Below, one piece after another: positions 1 to 11,280 of a stretch of 32,000 bases of DNA. The position numbers were made by a program, and so were the translations under genes. Source of the stretch: Zygophlyctis sp. KS116 (lineage: Eukaryota > Fungi > Chytridiomycota); NCBI GenBank assembly GCA_054661495.1, contig BAAFSQ010000007.1, forward strand, positions 1 through 32,000, read 5' to 3'. The notes under the pieces were generated by a model, which was given only the letters and a program-made list of their open reading frames with translations, searched no databases and had not been told where the DNA came from. The number at the start of each line of letters is the position of its first letter. Within the stretch, counting starts at the first letter, position 1.

Positions 1-381
1 AATATTTTATTCTTATCTGGACTATTATTTGTCATTGGATTTGTTAGAACTCTTAATTTTTTCTCTAGAAAAGAAAAGATACGAGGTACTTTTGCTTTTC
101 TTGGTGGAATTTTCTTGGTTTTTCTAAAATATCCAATGGTATCTTGTAGTTTTATAATTATAGATTGGAATCGCTATTGAAGCTTTTGGATTTATAAATC
201 TGTTTGGGTAATTTTACAAACATTAATACTAGAGATTTCTTTCCAGTTGTTGTTGGATTTTTAAGAAGATTACCAATTATAGGAAACATATTGTCAATGC
301 CTGGAATTTCTCAAGTAATTATTGAATTTTTCACTAGATTAGATTATTGATAAGATTTCTGGATCTCAATTACCAGTTTAA
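1..381 (+). CDS. GOT1: Got1/GOLT1-family ER-Golgi transport membrane protein (5' end outside window)
   Basis: Manual splice (introns 139-163, 208-232, 315-342; GT..AG) gives NILFLSGLLFVIG...[60 protein letters not shown]...SQLPV*, matching the Got1 signature (FGF..LFG.FFP....FLRRLP.IG). Confidence 0.9.
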
Positions 382-397
382 ATTTTAATTCATTTAT

Positions 398-651
398 TTA
401 ACGAGCATCGCCTCCCGGAGCAGGATTCATCTAGGATTTTAGATCAATAAAATTACTCTTCTTTTTCCGAATCCAGCGACAGCATTAACAAATCTTCTAT
501 TGTATAAAATTCTCTTTTTGGCTCTTCCAGTCAACTTCTTCTTCTTATCTTCTTGTTTTGCAACTTTTGGAGTTTGGCCTTTGACTTTACCTGCACGAGC
601 GAGAGATCCATGGACTTTACCCTTGATTTAAATAAATTGACAAATTACCAT
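398..651 (-). CDS. RPS30: 40S ribosomal protein S30 (eS30), not ubiquitin-fused
   Basis: ATG at 651, introns 622-648 and 431-456; spliced product [66 protein letters not shown]. Confidence 0.97.
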
Positions 652-741
652 TTTAAACTTTTTTTTACAACCCCTGTCTCACCCATCTCAATACACGGAA
701 ATTGAAAACCTAAAATTTTGTCCTAGACATCAAGACTCTAT

Positions 742-2293
742 TCATATTACATTTCCAATCACAAATCCATCTTTTAAACTTGGAATAGAAAATATTTCAG
801 GTTTAATTTCCTTTTCAAGATGTACGTTTTTAAATGAAATAGTTGCTGAAAGTGGTAGTAAATCCATTGGGATTTCAACTTGAACTGGGAATCCAGGAGG
901 TAATTGAACATTGAAAAATTCTAAAAGTGTTTTAACATGATTTTGAGATCCCATTCCAATTAATTCAAGAAGAGGTAAAAGGCTAGTAATCTTGATTGGA
1001 AATTTGCGTGGTTTTGAAGAGTCTAGAGATAAAGTAGAAATAGATTCTAATGATGGATCATTCATCCATAAAGTAGCTTTTAAACTTTTAGTTTGCTTTT
1101 CAACTTCAAGTTGTCTTCCCAAATGAAGATATTCATTCCCTTGTTTTTTAAATTCTTCCAAAGGGATTGGATGAAGAGGTGGAGGATAAAGTGATTCACG
1201 AAATTTGGCTAATTTCCTAAATGCTTTTTGAGCAGACTTTATAGATTCTTGATGTTCATCTCCAATTTCATCAAAATTACGATATCCATATTTATATTCT
1301 GCAATTTCTGCTTCTAAATCAGACTCATCTTGTTCCTCCTCTGGATTAGCTACTGCTAAAGAATGAGTTTGTCTAGGATATAATTTCTCGCATGGTAGAG
1401 GATACGCAGACAAGTGCTCTCTTCTAGTTTCTGAACTAATCTCTAAAGATTCTACATTCCAAACACTAGTTTCCCATTCTCCAATTTTCTCATTACGATC
1501 ATATTTAAAGTTCCAAAATCCAGTTTGAGCTCTTTTAATACTTAGAGAAGAAAAATCTATAGAAGGTTGAGACACTATTGGACTATTAAGACTAATTGAA
1601 ATTTCCTCTTGAATTTCTAAATATAAAATCTTTTAAAAAAGTACCTTTATCACTCATTTTAAAGTCTTTTGGCCAAAGTGTTTGTACTACTTGTCTTTGA
1701 TGATCAATAAGTACCAATCTAGCTTGACCTGAATCACAAGTAAATATAAAAGAAATCATTCCTCTGATCCAAGTCAATGATTCAAATCCAACTAATGTTG
1801 TATCAATTCTAACATTTGAACCTTTTTTGTAGATTTTATATGTATCCTATGATATTAATAATTTTAACAATACACTAGGACACAAATTCGACAAGTACGG
1901 TATGCTAGACTTGAAGCACCAATCCATTTCTAGATAAAAATCATTTAGATCATTTGATAAATCCCTCATAATGATCTTTCCCTTTTTTTCAAACCAGTCT
2001 GACAATTCAACTCTTCTATGCTTATAAATGAGTTCCATGGTCTTCCGATCTCCAAACGAAGTTGCTTCCTGGAATGGATTCCATCCGGCAGAATTCTTAA
2101 TTAAAGTGGATGCTCCTGCATCTAGCAATCGGTTTACAATTTCATGATTTCCCAAAGTAATTGCCAACGTTAATGGAGTTTGTCCCCGATGAATTGCATT
2201 TAATGATGAGATTGAATTCAAGAGTATACTATCAACTTTTACAAGATCATTAGAGAATATCGCAAAAAAGAGATCAGTAGCAGTCTGTACCAT
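742..2293 (-). CDS. ANKRD13-like protein (N-terminal ankyrin repeats + GPCR-chaperone-type domain)
   Basis: ORFs 1847-2305, 1592-1777 and 742-1575 join via introns 1847-1873 and 1617-1644. Motifs RGQTPLTLA, GWNPFQEA, DFYLEMDWCFKSSIP..S.LCPSDTYKIYKKGSNVRIDTTLVGFE...W.RG, KATLWM, LPPGFPVQVEIP are typical of ANKRD13. Start taken as ATG 2293. Confidence 0.85.
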
Positions 2294-2356
2294 ACTTAAT
2301 GTCAAGCTTAGGTTGGACTGGGTCCCAAAAGACTTAAAAAAATTTACTATGAATTA

Positions 2357-3253
2357 CTAAAGTCCAACAACTTGATTTCCAAAATTATTGTAATTCCTGT
2401 ATGAATCAGTATTCTCTGAAACTCTATTATCTTGTAATAGACTCTCCACAACTGATTCATAACAATTTCTAGACTTGAAATTCTGACTAGTATTTTCCAA
2501 AAAATCAAGACCAAGATATCTTGATAATAAATTTACTACATTCATTTTTCCATTTTGAGATGCTAATCTAATTGCAAGATTATCATGTACACTAGGATTA
2601 ACTCTAGAATCATGCAATAGTCTTTCAACAATTTCAAATTCTCCACAACTAGATGCTTCTATAATAGCATAATTTCCACGTGCAGATGGATCAACTCTAC
2701 CATCTTGTAATAATAACTCCATAACTTCTATTGCTCCATTACTAGAAGCAGCAATAAATGCATTATTATCATTATCAGAGGGATCTACTCTAGAATCTTT
2801 CAACAAGATCCTTAAAACATCAATATTTTCAGAAAAAGAAGCAATCCAAACAGCAAAATTACAACAATACGCCGGATTAACTTGAGGATGATTAATTAAA
2901 AATTGTACAAGATCAATGCATCCAAAACCAGCAGCTAGAATAAATGCCTGCTGAGGATTAAAGAGAGGAGAAAAAGAATTATTTGACAAGAGACAATTTA
3001 GAAATCTGTCATCATAATCAGTCAAGGCTGAAATCTCTTCAAAGCAATCATAGAGGAATTTGCATTCTTCATGCTGGTATTCATGATTCGATCTAAATTC
3101 CAGAGTTGATACTTGAGACTTGAGAATAAATCTTGACTTTGTAAATGCCAAACTCAAGTCCAGGGACAGTGCAAGACAGAATCTTTTTGAATCTTCAATG
3201 CTCATAAATTGCATCATTCGACTAATGATTCCCAGAGAGAAGTAAGATGACAT
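2357..3253 (-). CDS. Intronless ankyrin-repeat protein of the 'LL.D.RVDPS...N.AI..AS..G' type, possible degenerate N-terminal F-box
   Basis: 298-aa ORF with about 5 tandem 34-aa repeats (LLKDSRVDPSDNDNNAFIAASSNG / LLQDGRVDPSARGNYAIIEASSCG / LLHDSRVNPSVHDNLAIRLASQNG). Confidence 0.85.
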   Translation of the reverse strand: MSSYFSLGIISRMMQFMSIEDSKRFCLALSLDLSLAFTKSRFILKSQVSTLEFRSNHEYQHEECKFLYDCFEEISALTDYDDRFLNCLLSNNSFSPLFNPQQAFILAAGFGCIDLVQFLINHPQVNPAYCCNFAVWIASFSENIDVLRILLKDSRVDPSDNDNNAFIAASSNGAIEVMELLLQDGRVDPSARGNYAIIEASSCGEFEIVERLLHDSRVNPSVHDNLAIRLASQNGKMNVVNLLSRYLGLDFLENTSQNFKSRNCYESVVESLLQDNRVSENTDSYRNYNNFGNQVVGL

Positions 3254-3569
3254 GAGATTTTTAAGAAAAATATTAATGATTTCGATTTAATTAGCCATTG
3301 AACCGCATTCTAGGCTATGATTGGACCGCAACTGACCTCAAATTTAATCTCTTTGCACTCTAAAAACAGGAATTTTTGCTGGCAAAGCTGGATAACTGGA
3401 TCATGAATCCAAAACATATCGGCGATCTTTCTAGGCTAATTAATTAGTGCAAGCAGATCCAACAAGATCACTCGACTGATATGATCTGATCTGATCAAAC
3501 GGTGATTCCAACAAAAGTAAAGGCCAAAATAGAAATAATAGAGAATTACCATTATTTATTTTACTTATT

Positions 3570-4043
3570 TTAAATTGGTTTGATCTTAAAGTGAAGAGAT
3601 ATTAGAGAAAATACCAGACATTTTAGATCTTGAATTAGATAATAAAATACTCGAAGTCCTTCTGGATCTTGACATTTCTGAACATCAACCAAAGATCCTA
3701 TTTTAGAAGTAGTAAAAGAAATATGTTCATCGCCCAATACAATTTCCAATTCTTGTCTTCCGACCCGATCTGGCTCTGGCCATAGTTTGTCATCTTCTTT
3801 ACAGATTTCAGCGTCTTGAATAATTCTTTTTAATTCTTTCATGACAAGTGGAGAAATGTTTAATTCCTTCTTGATCATGATATCATTCTTGTAATTTGAA
3901 TTATTGGCATATCGCAGTTTACCATCAGGGCGGAACTCGAATTCTAGAAATTCATGACCAAACTTTCCCATATGTCCAATACTAAATTTCTTATAGAGTA
4001 AATCTTACTAGTAACGAACATAGAAATCACTGCCTTCCGTCAT
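3570..4043 (-). CDS. MAGOH: Mago nashi, exon junction complex core subunit
   Basis: ATG 4043, intron 3982-4008; [45 protein letters not shown]...LHFKIKPI* is the highly conserved Mago sequence. Confidence 0.98.
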
Positions 4044-4097
4044 TAATTTTTAAATCTTTCGCCCTATAATCTCATCAAATTTGCTCAAACGGTTTTA

Positions 4098-5477
4098 TTA
4101 CTTTAAAGAAAGCATCATCAGACCAGGAGTTTCAAGGTATTCTTTCCACATTTTTACAAATTTAGCCATTGTTGCTCCATCAATAACACGATGATCAGCA
4201 TTAAATGAGACATTTAGAATAAACGATTCCTTGATTTCTAATGATGATCCTACAAATCTAGGAAGTCTAGAAAGTTTTCCTATTCCTCCAATACATACTT
4301 GTCCTTGTACAATCACTGGGTGTAATACGGTTCCGCCAATATTACCAATATTTGAAAGTGTTATTGTACTTGCAAGTAAATCTGAAGGCTTAAAACTATT
4401 ATTGGCTCCTAATTCTTTAAATCTAGATAAATCAGATGCAATTTCAAAAATTGACTTTGATTCAACATTTCTAATACTTGGAACAACTAGCCTAAAATTT
4501 AATTCGCATAAATTACCCTCCGACAGTATCCATAGCAACTCCAATATGATGTTCATTTCTATACAATAATTTTGCTGTAGAATGAGAAGAATCATTTATA
4601 ACTGCAGCATTTAAAATTGGAAATTTTAAGAGAGATAAACTTAGTGCTTTTATAAAGAATGGCATATATGACAGTTTGACTGATCCTTGTAAATTCTGAT
4701 TTAAATCTTTTCTTAAATTCACAAGAGAATCCAAAATAATCTCTTCTGAATATCCAAAATGTGGAATAGAAAGAGATTTTGTCATTGATTTAAACATTGC
4801 TTTTTGAATTGAAGTTAATGCAACCTCTTGATTAGAGTTTACTACTGGGGATTCTATTCTATTATATCTAAAAGAATACCAGTACTACCAGAAGTCGTCA
4901 GTGTTTGTTCATTTTCAAGATACGCCAATACATCACCCTTCAATATCCTTCCTTTTGGACCAGAACCTTTAATTTCTGCGAGATTCATATTGTTTTCTTT
5001 TGCAATTCTACGTACTGATGGAGTCGCCAAAGTATATTCCTTTTCCGTTTCAATTTCAGTAGATGATAAATCAGCTCTTGATTCCTCCTTTTCCTCTAAT
5101 TTTTGTTCTAATTTTGAATTGTCATCTTTTTCTGTAGACAATGATTGTGCTTCCGGATCTTCATTGTTTGGCACGTCAATATCCACCAACGCACTTCCAA
5201 CTTTGGCAATTTCTCCAACTTTATAATTTATACTTTTAATAACACCATCATATCGTGAAGTTATTTCTACCGACGCCTTATCCGACTGAACTTCACATAT
5301 TTTACTAAACTGCTGTACACTATCCCCTTGTTTGACATGCCAAGAAACAATCTCACACTCTGCGATCCCTTCTCCGATATCAGCAAGAAGAAATGGGATT
5401 ATTTTAAGACTTGGCAAGCTATAATGAAGCTGTCTCTTTATAGATTTTAAATAAAATGTTCTTGTAGAGTTGATCAT
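4098..5477 (-). CDS. DBT: Branched-chain alpha-ketoacid dehydrogenase E2 (dihydrolipoamide branched-chain transacylase), mitochondrial
   Basis: Lipoyl domain (LADIGEGIAE...CEVQSDKASVEITSRYDG), E3-binding domain (ATPSVRRIA...GSGPKGRILKGDV), catalytic ADHRVIDGA; introns 4492-4516 and ~4854-4879; basic presequence-like N-terminus. Confidence 0.95.
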
Positions 5478-5535
5478 TTTTGTTTTTTTCGCGTCGGTCT
5501 GTCAATGGTTTCTGCTGATATTAGCGATCAATGAT

Positions 5536-5582
5536 CATGCATTAGTATGATGCGTTCGACTGATGCATACTACTAATGCATG
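5536..5582. repeat. Inverted repeat/hairpin in the DBT-GGA divergent intergenic region
   Basis: CATGCATTAGTA (5536-5547) and TACTAATGCATG (5571-5582) are exact reverse complements; the inner ATGC..GCAT can extend the stem. Confidence 0.7.
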
Positions 5583-5669
5583 TATCGACAGTCAATCAAT
5601 CAATCCAGTATATTTTATAGTTTTTAAGACGCTAATCCAAATGATTCGGATAAAACACGAAAGTAGGTG

Positions 5670-7705
5670 ATGGATCCTAGATTCACTGGATCATTTAGAG
5701 GGCCGTCAGTGTCGCTGGATAGACCGTTTAGTAATTCAAGTTATGATTCGTTAGAGTCGATGATTAGTAATTAAGAATTTTAAGAAATTAGAGCAATCGG
5801 TTGAGTCTGCGTATGTCGAACCAAACTTGAGTTTGGTATTGGATATCTGCGAGAAAATTAATACAATGGGGAAAACAGCTCCAAGACAGGCTGCTTTTGC
5901 TATTGTGAAATATGTTAATAGAGGTTCTAATTCAGTCGCTAATCTTGCACTTACGGTATTAATTTTATTTTGAATCAGTAGTTGTTGGATTATTGTGTAA
6001 AGAATTGTGGGTATCCGTTTCATTTGATTATTTCTACAAAGGAATTTTTAAATGAGTTGGTAAGAAAGTTTCCAGAAACACCAATTGTAAACTAGATTTT
6101 TATTAATCAGTAGCATTTAACTTCCTCACAATATCGTGTTTTAGAATTAGTTCAACAATGGCATTCTACATTATGTGTTTCTTCTAGATACAGAAATGAT
6201 TTTAAACATATTGGAGATATGTATAGATTGTTGATTTATAAAGGTAAAAATATATAATTTAAATTATAGGATATCGGTTTCCAAATTTATCAGAAGAATC
6301 AAAGACAGGATTAATATCTCCACCTGTAATTTTTCTTACAAGTAATAAAAGGTACTAAAAACGGCAGAAGAACAGGAAAAGGAAGATATGCAAGCTTATG
6401 GTGTGAAATTAGAAGAATTATTAAGAATCGGAACACCGACAGCTTTGGCTCAGGCAAATGATTTAATGAAAATTATGGCTGGTTATGTAAGATTGATTTT
6501 TATGATTTTTTTAGGAAAAAAAGATTGATTATGAAAAGGAATTCGATCAAGAATTGGATCGTGTTTCTCAAAGAGCTACTATATTAAATGATATGTTAAA
6601 TCATCAAAGTGGGCAAGATAAATTTGTTGAAGATGGGACACTAATGGTAAACTTTATTAATAATGAATTAGGAACTGTATGGTTCAGTTAAATCTGCTCA
6701 AAAGAAGATTCAGAAAATGATTTCAGAAAATGAAAATGAAGATAAAACTGAGAGACTTTTAAGCATGAATGATTTAATTAATTCAGTCGTAAATAAATAC
6801 GAAGAGTTTAAAAAGGGATCATTGGATGTACAGTCAGTTATTGATTTGAAAAGGTATTTTAAAGAAATTTAATAATATAAAGAGACGGAAATGTTGATAT
6901 GCCGTCTTCAACAGATTCTTCGCCTAATAAAGTGGGACCCATTAACTTGATTGATTTTGATGATCAAGATCACTCACCGTCTCCTTATAACAAGGATACT
7001 AATCAAGATTTATTGGGCTTAATGGATTTCAACGTAAAATATTTAGTGTTTACTAAAATTAAGGCCCCTCAAGATTCTAGTTTGATTGATATTGGTGGTT
7101 TGGCAGGATCAAGTTCTTTTGTTTTAGATGAAAAGATTGTTATACCGAAAATCACATCTGCCAAGTCTAGCACAATTTCTCCGAATCTCGTACAGGTAGC
7201 AGCTGTACCACCCAAAGTAAATACTTTTCCAGCGCCTTCTAAGCCTGTTGCTGACCTATTATCAGATATAGATGTCTTGGGAAATCAAGAGCCTTTAAAA
7301 AAGGAAAAATCAATCGTTAGAAAAGAGGAAGCCGTCATTCACGATAAGAACGGGCTACAAATCAAATTAGTCATGTCTCTTTCTAATACTGAGGTACAAG
7401 CTAAAGCTATTTTCATGAATATTACTCCTGTTATTTTTAAAGACGTGAAATTTATGGTTTCTACGCCAAAAGTATAGTTTGATTTATCTAAATATAGTCA
7501 ATGGGGATCAAAATCGAACCTCTTTCTGGAACAGAACTTCCCGCCTACAATCAAGGCCAAATCTGTCAGTCAATGGTTATCAACAAGAATTCAGAGGTAC
7601 GAAATATTTAATGACTTGAAGGATCCTTTTAGACTCCGCTTCAAAGTGTCGTATAATCTCAATGGGGCGCTAGTGAATGAAAGTGGAGAATATTCAAGTG
7701 CATAA
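5670..7705 (+). CDS. GGA: GGA clathrin adaptor (VHS-GAT-GAE)
   Basis: Manual splice over many short introns: VHS (EPNLSLVLDICEKIN...APRQAAFAIVKYVN...LLDYCVKNCGYPFHLIISTKEFLNELVRKFP), GAT (LEELLRIGTPTALAQANDLMKIMAGY), hinge with NLIDFD clathrin box, GAE ear (DKNGLQI...STPKSMGIKIEPLSG...RLRFKVSY), stop at 7705. Confidence 0.9.
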
Positions 7706-7807
7706 TTGAAACCTTTGACGAATAAAAAGCGTAACTTCACAAAACAATTATAAATTGAATGCATATTATGAACTACAAACAGCTGCTAGACATTTGGTAG
7801 TGAACCA

Positions 7808-9385
7808 TCAGTCCAGAATTGCAAGATCTGATCTTTCAGATCTGAGTTCCGCAATTTTCGATATTGACTCCTTTGTTAGCCGTAATCCTTGTATGTTGAG
7901 TTTTTTGAGAGAATTATTATTAAGGACGGTTTTTAAGAATGCTGCAGCCCCTTTGTCCGTGAAAAGATTATAAGAAATATCCAAATTAGTAATAGAAGCT
8001 AAAATTATTTCAATGATTAAATTTACAATTAGATTCTAATCCCTTGGCGATACTCTGAATGACAACATCTCCAATACGATTTGATCTATATTTTAGAGAT
8101 GATGTTAAAATTACGCTAAATTTAATGATTTCAAAGAAGTTCTAGACAAAAATACATTAACTGCAGTCGTATTTTCTCCAATGCCATTTCTTTCCAGATT
8201 TAAATCTTCAAGCGTAGAATTATCCTTGAATTAAAAAGCCTGATTTATTACCTTGATCAAGTTGAAAAATGCAATAAAGCCTTTAGTTCTGATCTTGTTC
8301 CAGCCTTGATTTTAAAAAAATGTTAAATACTTAAATTCAGATTTGCTAAATTATCATTTTTGGCCAAACATGCACCTAATGCTGTAATTCCAACATCTCC
8401 AACATCATTGTAGCTCAGATCTAATTCTAAAGATAAATTCAAACCGCCCTACCTTTTAGAGTCGTATTCTGAGATAGCCCATTTGATATCACTTCAATCC
8501 CCAAATCTCCAAGTTGATTTCCTCGAAAGTAAAAATTGATTAACATACCTTTTAAATTGATATTCTCTAAACCAGAATTATATTTGATCATTTCTGATAA
8601 TGCTTCTGCACATTCTCGACCAAGAAGATTGTCTGCAAGATTCAACTTTGTAATAAATCTGTTATTTGCTAAGGTAGTACAGAGTGAAACGCCCCCAGAC
8701 GTGATCCAATTATTTTCTAAATCTAAAATTGCCACACTAGTATTTCTCTAAATGATTATATATATTTATATTCTACCTCTAATGATTTCGCCAATGCCTC
8801 GGCACCTCTTGCCCCTATACCGTAGTGGGCCAGTTTTACTTCTGAAGAAGACAAAGATTCAATCATGGTTGAGACTGGAATAACTCCGAGAACCTCGCAA
8901 GCCATTATATAAGTATTTCTAGTGTCTTTTCTCCCGATAATATCTGATATATCTAGTAAATTTTCCCATTTTGCTAGTTCATCTGCTGTACTAGCATCGT
9001 ATTCTTCAATCAATCGTATATCAGGATCGACAATTATATCAACTACTTCTTCAGCTGTCGAGGCTGCATTGTCTTGTAATTGCTCCTCTGAAATAATATC
9101 AGCTGTTTTCTTCCCCGTTTTATTATTTGCATCCGATTGAGCAGCGAAACTTGAAGTCTTCTTTTTAAATATCGCCTTCGATTTAGCTCCAGGATTGATC
9201 TTCTTATTAACCTTTGTAGGTGCTGGCTTTTCCTTCTTACCAGCGGCAACCGATTTACTCTTTTTAGACTGATCATCCAAATTTAGAGCTACATCAAGTT
9301 TCTTTCCAGAGTCTTGATTTATTTCTAATAAATCCGTTTCTTCCTCTTCTTGAATCGTTGGTTCCAAAGAGTCAACAACTTCCAT
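7808..9385 (-). CDS. RNI-like leucine-rich repeat protein, LRRC74-like (probably flagellar)
   Basis: YIMACEVLGVIPVS...LAHYGIGARGAEALAKSL followed by 28-aa RNI-type repeats (LDLENNWI, LNLADNLL, LDLSYNDVGDVG, LDISYNLF); several short introns; stop TGA at 7808-7810. Confidence 0.75.
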
Positions 9386-9408
9386 GATAAATCAATTTAC
9401 CGATCGTT

Positions 9409-9416
9409 TGACGTCA
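9409..9416. promoter_or_regulatory. CRE-like palindrome TGACGTCA 23 nt upstream of the LRRC74-like ATG
   Basis: Exact 8-bp palindrome; the same element in a similar ATCGWTTGACGTCA context occurs at 16168-16175. Confidence 0.35.
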
Positions 9417-9552
9417 GTTCATTCACGGATAAATCATTAATCATAAACTAATTGTCATTAATATTACTATTAATGCATTAGCCTCTAGACAACAGTAATA
9501 GTGTATACGTCCAAAAAACGGTCAACTATTCTAGATCATGGGAAGCTTTAGG

Positions 9553-10212
9553 ATACATGCTATTTTATTTCTACTAAAATTTACTCTTTCAAGGCTATTG
9601 CTATAGTCCATAGATTGACATTCTATATACTCTCATATTTAATGACTGATCCAGCTCTAAAGGAGTCAAGTAGTTTTGGCTAGAGCGTGGTAATTGTAGA
9701 TCTTGACTTGATCTATTAGAGAAAATGGAGTTTCTATTGGTTTTTGAAGAGGTATCACTATCTGAGGAAGATTCCTTTATTGAACTATCAGATCTATCAG
9801 ACATATCAGATCTATCAGAGAAGAAAGAGTTCTTCTTTTTTTGATCCATCAACGATCGTTTCCTTAGCTTCCAGATATTTTTAAGAGACAGCATTTCAAA
9901 ATTATTAAAGTTTTAGAAAGGTGTCCGTGATCAATACAAGCCAATTGCAGATCTTGAGTTTAGACGGCCTGGAACACTGCAAGACGGCTTGCCAAGCGTG
10001 TCGACGAGGCGAAAACCGGGGAAATTTATGCGCTTGAACAAGAAAATCTTTAACGACTTTATGCAGATCTTTGATCAATTTGCAGAGAAATTATCACTTT
10101 ACTATTAGTCATAATCTAATGGAATGATGCAATTTGATTTACGATTGATTCTCTAAATTCATTAAATTAATAAACTGTAATTTGTAAATTTTGCAGATTT
10201 TGGATATTATGA
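9553..10212. repeat. Direct duplication, copy 1 (~660 bp: family A ORF plus upstream region)
   Basis: Sequence from ATACATGCTATTTT to GCAGATTTTGGATATTATGA recurs almost exactly at 11872-12540. Confidence 0.97.
9601..9894 (-). CDS. Orphan small protein family A, copy A1 (97 aa; basic N-terminus, Ser-rich, C-terminus PLELDQSLNMRVYRMSIYGL)
   Basis: Intact intronless ORF; frame preserved in the duplicate (9-nt indel only); C-terminal motif shared with A2 and A3. Confidence 0.7.
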   Translation of the reverse strand: MLSLKNIWKLRKRSLMDQKKKNSFFSDRSDMSDRSDSSIKESSSDSDTSSKTNRNSIFSNRSSQDLQLPRSSQNYLTPLELDQSLNMRVYRMSIYGL

Positions 10213-10292
10213 CAACTAATGTCTTAGAGAAAAACACGAGAATTATTTTCAAACTTTTATTATAAGCATTATTAAATTTGTATATTTGCGAT

Positions 10293-10490
10293 TCATAATC
10301 GATACATTGATAATGTGTATGCTCTTGTCCTTAGAGAAAATTCTGTTTCAAAAGGTAGATATGAAAGATTCTGCTTTTTAGATTCCACATTCACTTGAGA
10401 TTTTGTAATAAACATTTCTTTAATTTTATGAGAGACTGAATAGATCTTTGATTTACAGTAATCAACAATTTTCCTCTGGATATCCATCAT
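10293..10490 (-). CDS. Orphan small protein family A, copy A2 (65 aa; C-terminus PFETEFSLRTRAYTLSMYRL)
   Basis: C-terminal 20 aa conserved with A3 through several synonymous codon differences. Confidence 0.7.
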   Translation of the reverse strand: MMDIQRKIVDYCKSKIYSVSHKIKEMFITKSQVNVESKKQNLSYLPFETEFSLRTRAYTLSMYRL

Positions 10491-10655
10491 TATTTATAAA
10501 TTAGTATTTAAAATTTTAAGGACTAGACTCTGCAATCACTCTAATTTTAGCGCAGATCTTAAGAATTGTACCCCTGTTTTAAAAAGTCTAGAACAAGTGT
10601 CATCCTGACTGTTCAATCAATTGCAGATCATTTTATCAATTTAGCCGATAAAATC

Positions 10656-10919
10656 ATGTGGCAATCATCAGAATTGATTGAAAAAGTGAATTTAATGAAA
10701 TCCTCAAATCTAAAAACCAAATCGCCTGAATCTGGAGACAAACACTATGCTACACGATCATCTACCATCAGATTATATTCCTGTAATTGCTCTGATACTG
10801 TTTACTGTTGTTTTGATCATGATTATAGTCCTATTGATTCTCCTCAATACAATTCTTGTGAAAAAAAGGCCAGAGTTGAAGATGTTTTTGAAAATACTGG
10901 TAATAAACTCCCTAGATAA
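10656..10919 (+). CDS. Orphan small Cys-containing protein family B, copy B1 (ATRSSTIRLYSCNCSDTVYCC)
   Basis: First ATG at 10656 in AAATCATG context, the same as B2; core motif shared with 11465-11656. Confidence 0.6.
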   Translation: MWQSSELIEKVNLMKSSNLKTKSPESGDKHYATRSSTIRLYSCNCSDTVYCCFDHDYSPIDSPQYNSCEKKARVEDVFENTGNKLPR

Positions 10920-11034
10920 TACAAAAACTGTAAATATGTTGAGTTTTCTCATCCTTAATCTCGTAAACTTCAAGTCTCATAAAATCATTTAATAACTAAT
11001 ATATTTCTTTTCCTGAATTACTACAATAAACTCG

Positions 11035-11280
11035 TTATAATCGATACATTGATAGTTTATACGCCCTGTTCCTAAGAGACAAATCTGTTTCAAGAGGCAT
11101 GATTGGATAGTCAACATTTGTACAAGATTGTGGCTCAGTATTTTTAGATTTGTAATAAAATATTCCCCTAAAAGTCTCTGATAATGATGATTTAGTAGAT
11201 TTCATTGTAAACATTGGTTTTCGTTTGAATAATTTTAATTTACACATTGACATTACTCTTCTAGTTTTGGCTTCTGACAT
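11035..11280 (-). CDS. Orphan small protein family A, copy A3 (~81 aa; C-terminus PLETDLSLRNRAYKLSMYRL)
   Basis: C-terminal motif shared with A1, A2 and A4. Start uncertain (ATG at 11280 preferred; the frame is open to an ATG at 11430). Confidence 0.65.
   Translation of the reverse strand: MSEAKTRRVMSMCKLKLFKRKPMFTMKSTKSSLSETFRGIFYYKSKNTEPQSCTNVDYPIMPLETDLSLRNRAYKLSMYRL

Noticed and set aside
4231-5226. Plus-strand ORFs 4231-4569 and 4828-5226
   Set aside because: Antisense shadows of DBT. The same applies to 5751-6023, 7755-7973, 8536-8751, 8922-9140, 12697-12933, 21450-21986, 24533-25060 and 25562-25882 opposite other real genes.
5531-5565. Box C/D snoRNA (ATGAT...CTGA)
   Set aside because: The boxes are imperfect and too close together, and no rRNA guide was recognisable.
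10747-10992. Hydrophobic 81-aa ORF resembling a single-pass membrane peptide
   Set aside because: It overlaps B1 in another frame. The equivalent frame in B2 stops after 7 codons, while the Cys frame is conserved with synonymous changes.
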